A DNA stretch of 64,000 nt from Callorhinchus milii (taxonomy: Eukaryota): positions 56,174,001 through 56,238,000 of the forward strand of contig NW_024704743.1 of the NCBI RefSeq assembly GCF_018977255.1, read 5' to 3'. The translations under genes were made by a program, and so were the position numbers. This document shows positions 12,453 to 23,403 of the stretch, one piece after another. Position 1 is the stretch's first letter; every line of letters starts with the position of its first letter. The notes under the pieces are model-generated. The model saw only the letters and a list, made by a program, of their open reading frames with translations, was not told where the DNA came from and did no database searches.

Positions 12453-13972
12453 AGCTGGTAGTATTCATTTCTCTGGGTCAGTGGCTTGGAGTTCCAGGCT
12501 TACTTTCCAATGAAGTGCTGCACTGTCGGAGATGCTGTACGTTGAATAAGACGGATGGCACAATCGAAGAGGAAAGTCTTCAGATGTGATCTGAAGACGG
12601 CCAAGGAGGGGTCATGGCAGAGCAATTGAGGCAAAAAGTTCCATAGATTTGAGGTTTCGTTGCTGAAAGCACGGCTGCTGATGGTGGGGTGAGGGGACGA
12701 GAGACATACAGTGCTAGAGCTCAGCACTGCAAAGGCAGTGGGTAGAGGACTTAGTATAAACAGGATTTTGGGTGATGTGGAACCTCCTGAAATGTAATGG
12801 TTAGAGCACTCACCTCACAAGCGAGATGACCTAGGTTCGATTCCTGTGCTGGGCAAAACATTGGGCAAGTTTCCTTACTCTACACACCTCTGCTTACCTA
12901 GCAGTGAGTAAGAGCCCATCTGTTAGTCGATTGGCGATCGCTTTTCCGGATGTAATAATCCCTTCAATTTTTTTTAAAAAAATAATACTTTGGTCACTCA
13001 ATCCACAATTGTTTGTTGGACACTGCTGTGCGTAATTGGCTGCTGTGCTTCACCCACAAAATATATAGTCAATTTATTTACAGTATATTCTGTAGCATTT
13101 TGAGATGTCTCAAAGATGTGATGAGGCTCTATATCAAAATGCAAGGATTATTATTGTATATTTATCATAAGTCGGGAGGTGCCAAGGCATGAAATAATTT
13201 GTACACGTGTGCGCATCTTGAAATCCTCCTGTTCTAAAATAGGGAGCCAGTGGAGCCTGGCAATGACTGGAGTTATGGGGTGCGGAGTTTGGTGCAAGTG
13301 AGGAAACAGGCAGAGAATTTTGAATTAACTGGATTTTGTGTATAGTGTTACTGGGGAAACGGGTGAGGAGGGAGAAAAATCGAGGTGGGAGGTGACTAAT
13401 GGTGAATAAGGGTTTTGGCTGTGTATGACATATGGTTGGAGATGGGTGATGTGGTGAAGGTAGAGGAAAGTGTTCCTGGTTAGGGAATAGATATGGGAAA
13501 GGGAGGATAGCCGAGGGATTGAACTTGCTGCCTAGGTTGCAGACTGGTTCAGTGAATCTCAGGGATAAGCCAGGGAGTTTAAGGAGGTCAGAACCACAGA
13601 GAACCAAAGATGAGAAGACATTGACGGGAGCCAAGGATGATTGGCTTCCATTTCATCAACATTCAGCTGCAGAAAGTTGGCGCTCATCCAGGCCTTGATG
13701 TCTGACCAGCAAGAGGACAGAACAGCAGTGGAATTGGGATTGTGGCTCAAATGATACTATTTGAAAAGAGAAGTGAGTTTATTCTGGTGTCCTGGCCAAC
13801 AATCTTCCAGATAGACTAAGTATTGCCTTCTTGGCTGTTTGTGGGACCTAGTGTGCAAAATTGGCTGCTGTTTACTGATAACTACAGCCATTATATGTGA
13901 CAACACTTACACTATGAAGCACTTTAAGAAGTTATGTGATAAGAACTTTATCAATTGCAAAGCTTTATTATA
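12453..13972. mobile_element. Three-level nest: Deu SINE (+) containing L2 (-, about 12553-13750) containing tRNA SINE (+, about 12793-13154)
   Basis: Minus ORFs give L2 peptides (WSDIKAWMSANFLQLN; LWNFLP...FRSHLKTFLFD); Deu core breaks at about 12553 and resumes at about 13755. Confidence 0.8.
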
Positions 13973-14251
13973 CGTTTTGATCTTGTTCCCATCCAAATGA
14001 CCATGGAGTTTTTGTGCTGGGATTCTTTGATTATATTTAATACCTGAAAGTGAGCTAGAGATCTAATTAATCTCTTTCTAATCTTGAATATCCCTCCATG
14101 GGTATCTCTTTTTCTGTCACTCTCTCTACTTCACGCGCTCTTGCTCTCTGACTCTCGCACTCTTTTATTTCTTTTCTTCTCTTTCTCTCTGCTTTGCTAT
14201 CATGTGTTACATTGGCTCTAATTCCACTTTCTATCTGCCTTTTCCAGTATT

Positions 14252-14907
14252 CAGAACTGGATTAAGAATTCTTGGGGCCCTCAGACCACCAATCACACCC
14301 CTCCCCTCCCCCAATCTATTGAAACACAAACATATAGTAAAATGCATGAAGAAATGGAATGTTTACACGCTGCATTAATAATCATGCAATCATTAAACAG
14401 TATGCTTAAATGAAAGTGTTTAATTTTGTCACTCACACAAAAATAAAATAACTGTTTGCTTTAGGAAAAACACACTGGTTGTGTGTGTGTCTGATAGAAA
14501 TGGAAATTTTTAATAATACGATTATATTAAGTGTGTAACCAAATAGGAAAAAATACAGATGCACAAATAACATAAAAATGTATGTCTTGCCTTTTAAATG
14601 GTTGTTTTCTTCCGAGCTTCGTGCCAGAACTGTGATTTGAATGGAAGTGTGTGATTCGTGATTTTGTTCAAATCTGCACATTTGCATTTGTACACTTCCA
14701 CTCAAATCGCAGTTCAGCACTGCCCATCCACATGCCCTCACCCAGGGAACAAAGTACATTTATATTTACAGGGAAGGCAGTACAAAAAACTATCAGGTCT
14801 CTTAAAAAGCGTCCAGGTGGCGACCCTAGGCCCATGGTGAGGACCTCATACTTGGCCAGGGTTCCTGGGCAACGGGCCCCATAGGCCCACGTGCTATTCC
14901 ACTACTG
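14252..14907. mobile_element. Non-autonomous hAT-type DNA transposon
   Basis: Ends CAG...CTG with imperfect TIRs, subterminal GGGCCC motifs at both ends, flanks CCAGTATT (14244-14251) and CCAGTAAT (14908-14915). Confidence 0.65.
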
Positions 14908-15429
14908 CCAGTAATCCAGTTTTCCGTTTTTAAAAAATGGTTTGTCTCTGTGGATTTCTGTAATCACCTGTAGATGTATACTGCTGAGCTGCCAGCTGAA
15001 TGCATACAGATATCCTTGTGCAACCTGCTGCTTTGGAAATGAAGTACTAAGTGTGGATTAGATCACTAGTCTTTTCATATGACTACAACAGTTGATGTAC
15101 CACTCTATTCCAAACAGGGCAACTTTGACATTTACAACATCACTGCTGCAGTTTATTGATCAGTTTAATTTATGTTAAAGAAATTCATTTGGAAGAGCAG
15201 TGCTCAGAGCTGGATTGATTACCAAATATAGTTTCTGAATGTTCATCTCAATATGCAATCAGTATTGTGTGGGTCTTGGATCTGGTTTTCGGAGCCAGCC
15301 TGTTCTCAGTTGATGACGGTGAGCATAGGTTTGATTGTAAGATATACTGAGTGTGACAGCACATTGTGCAAATGACTCTTAACACGTCTGGAATGCTGTG
15401 GTTGTGGTATATGTTTTATTTGATATAAA

Positions 15430-15663
15430 ATTAGAGCAAGTTTACAACACAAAAGTCATTCAGTCCATTCTTTGTGCCGTTGCTAACCTCCACGAATCCC
15501 ATTTTTCTCTCAGTATTTCCCTTCAGTATTTCTTGAGTTAGTAGATAGATTGTGCAGAAATGCTGAACTAATCATTTAATTCCTCTTTTAAGTGCCATTG
15601 TGGATCCCGTTTCAACAACCATTTGGGGTAAAATGTTTCACATTCTGTCAACCCTCTGTGTAA
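15430..15663 (-). mobile_element. CR1 3' fragment
   Basis: Reverse complement reads cacagagggttgacagaatgtgaaacattttacccc (TQRV.R.WN.LP-like), as at CR1 ORF2 ends. Confidence 0.6.
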
Positions 15664-16760
15664 TTTTGGCAGCATTGTACCATCACGGGCCAGCAGGTGT
15701 CTTGTCTGCATGGATGATTATTCCATATTCTTCTGCAATCATTCTTTCCATTGCGGACCTGAAGCTCCTGACGTATGTGTTGCTGATGCAAAGCATGTCT
15801 TGTAGATCTAGTATGAGGGCTTTGTTCAACCCCAGAACATTGCTGCGTGGGTTGCTCATCATGAAACAGATCTGTAAGAATTTTGGCGACTCATTAGGCA
15901 AAGCGTTTAGAGATCCCGATAAGTGATACACTTGGCCTTGCACTTTAAATGTTGGCATATAGCCTGGCTCTTTAATTTCCTTAGTTGCGCCAAAAGAGGT
16001 CATCTGGAAGCATGAATTGTATTTCTTAAGGTTTGCTAGTAAATGCTTAGAATCACCTGATGTGCCAATCAGCAGATTTTTAAGCGGTTCAGGTGGCTCA
16101 GTGAGTCGCTCTGGTTTCACCTTGCCAAGCGAGCAACACATGGAAGGAACTTCTTTTGCTCATTTCATGGCTCCACAGTGGGCACACACGTTCGGCATAT
16201 TCCCAATATGATGGGCGCCATTTGATTCGTAGTCTCTGCCTGGATCATAGTTGAGCGCAGCTAAATGGAGTGACTTCTGCTGCTGCGGGTCATTTTACCG
16301 TGTTCTTGCATGCCTTTCTTCATCCATGTCCAGCCGTGCTGTTCTTTGTTCTTCGATTTCATTTAATCGGCCTTCTCCCTTTAATCCGGCCTTTTTATTT
16401 GCCCTTGAAAGGCTTGATGTTCGTTTAGGCATCTTTATCTTGTTCCGGCTGCTTGGCTTTGTCTGAGTACATGCGTGCTGCGTGAGTACGTACGTGCTCT
16501 GTGACGCACGATGCCACAGTACCACTGGGAGTTGGTGCAACCATCAAGTGTAACTGCAGCGCAAAACTGCCATACATGTGTGATGAGTTTATTTAAGTCA
16601 TCGCTCATGAATGATAAGCGTTCTCCCCCCAAATATATGCACATGACACTCTTACATGCGAGACCTTTCCGTTGAGGTATAAATAATGTCTCTACGTCAA
16701 TGGTTATTGAGTTCTTGGCTGATACACAGACAGACATTATGTCTTTATCAGTAGAGAAGA
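15660..16760 (-). mobile_element. Helitron, 5' part with decayed RepHel N-terminal coding region
   Basis: 5' terminus A|TCTTCTCTACTGATAAAG; one frame from ATG 16432 with stops at 16297, 16162 and 15685: NYDP...IGNM..VCAHCGAMK...CCSLGKV...YNSCFQMTSFGA...PTFKVQGQVYH...PKFLQI. Confidence 0.88.
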
Positions 16761-16854
16761 TTCCCATTCTGAAGAACAAATAATAATAATTCTTGATTTC
16801 TGTGTGGAGGACACATCCAAGCGCTTCACAGGATATAGTGTAAATTGTAGATAA

Positions 16855-17182
16855 CATCCACTGCTGCCTCAACCCACTCCCCACCCAGCTTTTGGTCATT
16901 CATCTCCCCATCTGCTGCCCACTGCTGGCTGATGTCCTGTCTGATGGACATCAAGGCCTGGATTACCGCAGATTTTCCTGCAGCTGAATGTTGGCAAGAT
17001 GGAAGACGTACTCTTTGGCTCCCGTCACCATCTTTACTCCTGTAGATCGGAACTTTTCAACCTCCCCGGGCCTTCCCTCAGACTAACTAAACCCGTGGGA
17101 CTTAGGCATCAGGTTCAATCCCCAGCTTTCCTTTCTACCCCACATCTGTTTCCCTGACCAGCACCGCTTTATTCTACCTCCA
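16855..17182 (+). mobile_element. L2 internal fragment
   Basis: ggacatcaaggcctggatt...ttcctgcagctgaatgtt (DIKAW...FLQLNV). Confidence 0.75.
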
Positions 17183-17489
17183 AGACCTGGGTTTGATTCC
17201 CAGCAGGGCGAAACATTACTCCACACGCCACTGTTTACTTAGCAGTAAGTAAGAACCCGGTTGTTAGTCGATTGGCAGATCGCTTTTCTGTGGGTAATAA
17301 TTCCTTTAAAAAATAGTAATAAAATGGTCATTCAATTCATAATTGTTTGTGGAACACTGCTGTGTGCAATTGGCTGCCGCATTTCGCCCATAAGATATAC
17401 AGTCAATTCACTTAACAGTATATTCTGTGAAGCGCTTTGAGACGTCTCGAAGACATGATGAGGCGCTATACCAAATGCTAGGATTATTA
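17183..17489 (+). mobile_element. tRNA-headed SINE (long form, head truncated)
   Basis: gacctgggtttgattccc B-box remnant, body and tail matching the 10007 copy. Confidence 0.85.
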
Positions 17490-17516
17490 TCGTTAATTTT
17501 TTTAATATATATAAAT

Positions 17517-17834
17517 ATAATAATAATAATAATCCTTGCATTTGATATAGCGCTTTTCACGTCGGGAGGACGTCCCAAAGCGCTTCACAGAACACACTGT
17601 AAAGTGAATTGACTGTATATTTGTGGGCGAACGCGGCAGCCAATTGCGCACAGCAATGTCCCACAAACAGTTGTCGATCGAAAATGACCAATTTATTATT
17701 GTTTTTGGTTTTGGAGGGATTATTATTAGATGTGTGGAGTAAGGAAACTTGCCCAAGGTTTCGCCCTAACTGGAATTGAACTCGGGTCTCTCGCTTGCAA
17801 AGCGAGTGCTCTAACCACTGAGCTACAGGACTCC
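17517..17834 (-). mobile_element. tRNA-headed SINE (short form), full length
   Basis: Reverse complement GGAGTCCTGTAGCTCAGTGGTTAGAGCACTCGCTTTGCAAGCGAGAGACCCGAGTTCAATTCC with A and B boxes, TGC at the anticodon position, (TTA)n tail. Confidence 0.92.
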
Positions 17835-19784
17835 GCACCTTTCACATCATGAGGATGTCTGAAAGTGGTTTACTCACTAGGTGGCATCTAAGCCTGGGAG
17901 AGTGTGGAAGAGAGTGGGTGTGTGTGGGGAAAAAAAAATGTTCGAAAGAGTGGGAGTGTCAGATTAGTCGGAGAATATTTGTGTCTTTATTCTCTACATT
18001 TCCAGAATCAGACGGTGTATTGTACAGTGAATAGCTAAGGATCATTTGCTGCACTCTGATCAGAGGTCATGAGCAGCGACCAGAGTAATTGACACATGAC
18101 TTGCTGTTGTTGGGAATGGGTTGATGAACAGAATACTGAATAACTGTGGCTAATTGATTAGTATATGAACAGGAGGAGGCCATTCAGTTCATTGAGCCCA
18201 ATTATGATCCTTGTCATTAAAATAACGGTCTATGTGTCAAGTCACAATAAAAAAAATCTGCCACTATTGGCACCATTGCAGCTTTCAGCCAGTACTTGGA
18301 TGAGCTCCATTATTTCCTATTCGTTTGCAACCACCTGTCAGCTGTGGGTCTGGTGCTGCATGCATGATGGAATACATAACTCAAGCAAAGAATCCTTCAG
18401 TGAAGTATGGTTGAGGTATGGTTGGAATTTTCTACCCAGATAAGTACTTCAATCCTCAATAAATCGAATGGATAAATATACCAAGAATAATAGAATTATT
18501 TTATTGCTATCATTTGCACATGTTGCAATCTAAGATACTGTTTGAAAAGTGAAATGGTTAGTGAAATTCCATTTTGTTCTATGCAAATTACATGAACTAA
18601 ATAATTGCTGACAACAGAATGATTGCAAATATTGCACAATATTTTTTATAAGTCAAATGTACTAATGGTAAGGATATTTTATACATTTATAGATCAATTT
18701 ATTAGTTTGGCAATAACTACCTGCATATTTGAGGCTAGTGTTAGAACATTGATTTAAATATGGAGATGTAGAACCATAAAAAATTTCAACCATTTGGCCC
18801 ATTGTGTCTATGCTGGGCCTTTGGAAGAGCACTAAAATATAATGATCCTGGTAAGTGAGTGCAACAAGATAACTTTGGAGTGCTTGCAGAGAGAAGTGAG
18901 AAATGTATCTCCTGATTTTGATCGAAGTAACTTGCCCATTGCAACTATTCTCCATAGTTTGATTAAACCAAATATTCCCAGCATGTCTATTTTATTGTCA
19001 GCTATTCTCCTGATATATTGGACCCACCTTCTTTATAAAGCATACACCAACAATTGTTTATCTCTGACTTTGTCTGATGCCAGTAACAATGCTCTGTCAT
19101 TTAAGAGCAAATATTAGTTATTTGATATTGACATTCAGGTTCTAGATGTTACATTTTTAGATGTGAAAGATACAATGCAAATTGACCTGCATGTATGTGG
19201 GATTTTACTTGGTGTGGTAACACAGAGCAGCAGGAAAGTGGCTCATGAGGTGTAATGTAACGGGTTTGTACAGACCCTGTTTCTACATTCAGACCAACAT
19301 ACTCCCAGTGCAGTCCAATTTGAATAGATGAACAATTGCCAAGTATGGCTCAGAGTTGCTTTCAAATGGAGTTTCAACAGCAATGATTTCTGGCCATTCT
19401 CACATCTTCTGGCTATCTCAATTGTAATGGTTTTTGATACCCATGAATGGAAATCTCAAATAGTGATTTGAATCTGGTTTAAAAATATTGCAAATTGGAC
19501 ACGATTATGGGAAAAGGTACTGACTGGAATGCCGTGATGCAAAATAAATGTGCATTCTGAAATGACATTTTTTAAGAGCAAACTCATTGAGCACACTTTG
19601 GTTCCAATGAATTAAATTTTCATGGACCATCATTTAGTTTGTTTGGATAACTAATAATTCAGACTGGACATTCTTTCTTAGCTCAAAATCAGAATGGACC
19701 CTTGAGTTGCATTGCAAGTGCAATCTTAGACTATTGTGTGGAGACAAATGACTTGATTTCTTTTTTTCTTTTTCCTTTTTTTAG

Positions 19785-19834
19785 TTATGTTCCGTCTTTA
19801 CGACACAGATGGAAATGGGTCGTTGGATAGCTCG
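19785..19834 (+). CDS. DGKB: DGK beta exon, EF-hand 1 (FMFRLYDTDGNGSLDSS)
   Basis: Long polypyrimidine tract + ttag|, |gtaaga donor; 50 nt, phase 1 to 0; canonical DxDxNG loop. Confidence 0.96.
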
Positions 19835-20830
19835 GTAAGAGGATTAGAAATCTAGCAGTGAATAAAAGAAAGTCGATCTTTTCTATTCTTAAACCCATTG
19901 TTTTACTATTCATATTATTTTTTTACACACTGCAGAAGGAAAAGTATGTTTGAAACTGTTTAGGCACTGCTACATGAAACCAGGACTGAAATCCTTTAGA
20001 ACGGGGATTCTCAAACTTCGTCATAGTGAGCCTCCATAAACTAAGAAGAACCCCATAGCATCTCCCCTTAGTTTACAAAGGCAACACAACAGACTGTAAA
20101 TTCTATACTTGGCAAGAATAAGAGCCCATTTAGAATTCTCCATAACTCAACATAACTCAATACTAATTAAGAAAATGCAGATTTACATTTATATAGCCCT
20201 TTTTATTTCGGGAGGGGATCCCAAGATGCTTAAAAATCCGAGCTGGCGGTGGGAGCCGAAGTGGGGAGAGGAGAAAGGTGATTGATGCATAAGCAGCTTG
20301 TGTAACATAGAGCCCTTAAATATTTAAGAGTTAATGGAGAAAGGGGTGAGGTTTGAAGAGAAAAGGAAAACCTGTGTTTGGAAAATTTTCATGTATGAAA
20401 GTCAATGTAGTTTATAGTGTGTGAATGTGCTGGAAAAATGTAAAAATAAAGCTACTGCCAAGAAATATCTGACCACAATCGTAAAGGTTCCAGGATCAGG
20501 AAAAAAGAATTTTCCAAATAAATATATTCATGTAATTTATTTTGACCAGTTTTGTTTCCTTTAAACCACAAAAGCTTTCCACACAGTATAAATTATGTTT
20601 ATTGTGTCTGCTCTCTTGGCAATTGCTATCTTCTCCCCTACCATTGTCTTTCTTTCACCACCACCACTGCACCTCCCACCCACCCCCCCCACTCCACCTT
20701 TTGTGATTTTATTGTGATTGAAAAATGTCAGGATCAACCCTCTGGACACATTAATAAAGTAGTAAATACATTGCATTGTAATGGAAACAACAAAATAATT
20801 GTGTTTATTTTACAATTTCTCTTTTAACAG

Positions 20831-20905
20831 GAGCTTGAGCAGATCATAAGTCAGATGATGCACGTAGCTGAATATCTTCAATGGGATGTCACAGAACTAA
20901 AACCA
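20831..20905 (+). CDS. DGKB: DGK beta exon ([25 protein letters not shown])
   Basis: aacag| acceptor, |gtatgt donor; 75 nt, phase 0 to 0. Confidence 0.96.
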
Positions 20906-21408
20906 GTATGTAATTCCAATAGTCTGTCACTTGGTGGTGCTATAAGAACACAGATTTTGTTGGGGGAATGTGAAAGCCATTTTTCTTGGCTATTAATAAC
21001 TAACTGAAGGGATTTTTGAAAAGTTTTTTGAAGTGCTAGGTTACACATGTATTTTCTTTAAAATAAAGTCCTGACATTGGAGATGTCAATGATCATAACA
21101 TTGACATTTGGAGTGCTGAATTCAAATCCGAAGAAATGAGTACAGAACCATGAAATAGAATTGAATTATTTAGTGATCTGTTTAGATAAACTGAGACACT
21201 TGGTGTAGGTTGCTCAGGGAGAGCTAAGCAGTACCCTGATGCTTAGTTAGATGTTAAAGGTGCACTGGGTCACATCTTCAGTAATTTAGGCTACAAATAA
21301 TATCTGTCATAAAAACATTTTAGCTTTTTTTATTGTGTTTTCTGTAAATAGAATTTGCAGATAAATCCATGTTTTTTCCTGCCATTAAGAAGTTTAAGGG
21401 ATGAACTG

Positions 21409-21474
21409 TACAGCGCCTTGGGACGTCCTCCCGACATGAAAGGTGCTCAATAAATGGAATCTTGTTGTTGTTGT
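21409..21474 (+). mobile_element. Minimal L2 3'-tail insertion with 7-bp TSD
   Basis: cagcgccttgggacgtcctcccgacatgaaaggtgct...(ttg)n flanked by TGAACTG at 21402-21408 and 21475-21481. Confidence 0.8.
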
Positions 21475-23109
21475 TGAACTGGCGGAGAAGATTAAGAAGC
21501 GTCACAATAGGGTAAATAGTCACACAGTGAACCCCATTATGACTTGCTTGTGGGAGGTCCTATATCAGAGGGCATTAAACCAAAGTGTGAAAAAGTGGTT
21601 AACTTTTGGACCTGATGTCCTTAGGTTGGTTCCCCAATTCCTAAGTGAAGTGACATTAGCTGAGACATTAGACAACACTTTGGGGCAGCGAACCGAAGAC
21701 CAACAAGTCAGCATTTTTTAGTCTGAAACTCTCAGAAAACCTGTCCTCAATTTTTAACTGCTTATGCCTTGTCACAGCATTAATGGATGGCTGTGTGTTT
21801 TGCCCATAAAACACACAGTCACTAAACTTTGCAGTGAAATCTTGTGAAGTGCTTTAAAACATCCTTCTAAAGTGAAAGATACTATGCCAAATCTAAAGAT
21901 TATTATTATTATAATTATGATATTTTCTGTTGGTTGTTGAGTCAGTTATGACAAAGGGATTTAAAAGGGGGGGTTATAAAAAAAAATGTGTGTTCTATCT
22001 TGGCATCAGCTATCCTGCAATATGCTGAGCTACCCAGGGCACAAGTAAGGAGTAGTAGCTGAGGAAGCTTATTCTCACCTGCAGGGTTGTGACAGAGATG
22101 TGTCACTGGGCTTGCAAATGTCTGCAAACCATTCACCATTAAGCCTGAGGCAATATGTCCAATGAGAGACCAACTATTAGCCAATTGAGATGTCACACAC
22201 ACACAGATTTCCAATCAGGTTGCTCTGAAATCAGGTCACACAAAATGTGAGGCCACTACTCTATACTACCATCCCCAGCTTTGCTATCCACTGCTCCAAT
22301 CTTTACCCTAAGCTTCTTTCTCATCAATATTTACATGCATCTGTGCTGGTGCTTTCTTCACTTGAGGTTGTTGACAGTTTGTACTTAGGTGTCTGGTGCT
22401 CCTCTGGTGTGGCAAGTGGTCTAACAGGTTCTTACATTCTGTAAAGAGAGCAGATGGTACATTATCAGTGCACTGCTCACATTTCTATTTGGTATTGTAC
22501 AGCCCTCACACAACTGCAGCATTGACATTACATGTGCTTTGACACACTTGGGTACAAACAGTATGTATACATTCATGCATTGTTTCATGCAAATGTTATA
22601 ATCGGTACAATACAATCTACTGCTAGTGTTTTATCCTCTTCCAAAGTACGTACTGATCTTATCAGTGTGAGCTGCATTTCCAATGACAGTCAAACTTCTA
22701 ACATCAGTAAATTTACCATCAAGCAAATAATATATTCTACATTTCACTATTCCCTCCTCCTTGTTTTTCTGGTGATCAGAGATTTACCCAACTGTAACAT
22801 CATTGTTGTGTCAGGGCAATGTTTTCAATGGAAGGCACAGGTATGTGCCTAGGCAAATTATTTCTGAACAGCTCTAATTTACATCACTTTGGCTGTTCCA
22901 TTTGGTATTAACATGTAATCATTAAACAACACTGACAGTAAAAAGAAACCTATCTGCAGTATTCCCATGGTGGGAGTAAACTTTTGTCACTGCAATAAAT
23001 GTAATGTGAAACTTGAGCAAAGGTATTCAAGTTTGTATATTTAGCAGAATCTAATAAGGTCGGATATGAAAGGATGGCAAATTGTTCAAATGTGAACTGG
23101 AATTTTTAA

Positions 23110-23403
<294 letters not shown>

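Noticed and set aside
17755..17834. tRNA-Ala(TGC) gene, and the similar heads near 10007, 32073, 38055, 56541 and 63218
   Set aside because: The acceptor stem does not close, and each head runs into a shared SINE body and tail, so these are SINE heads.
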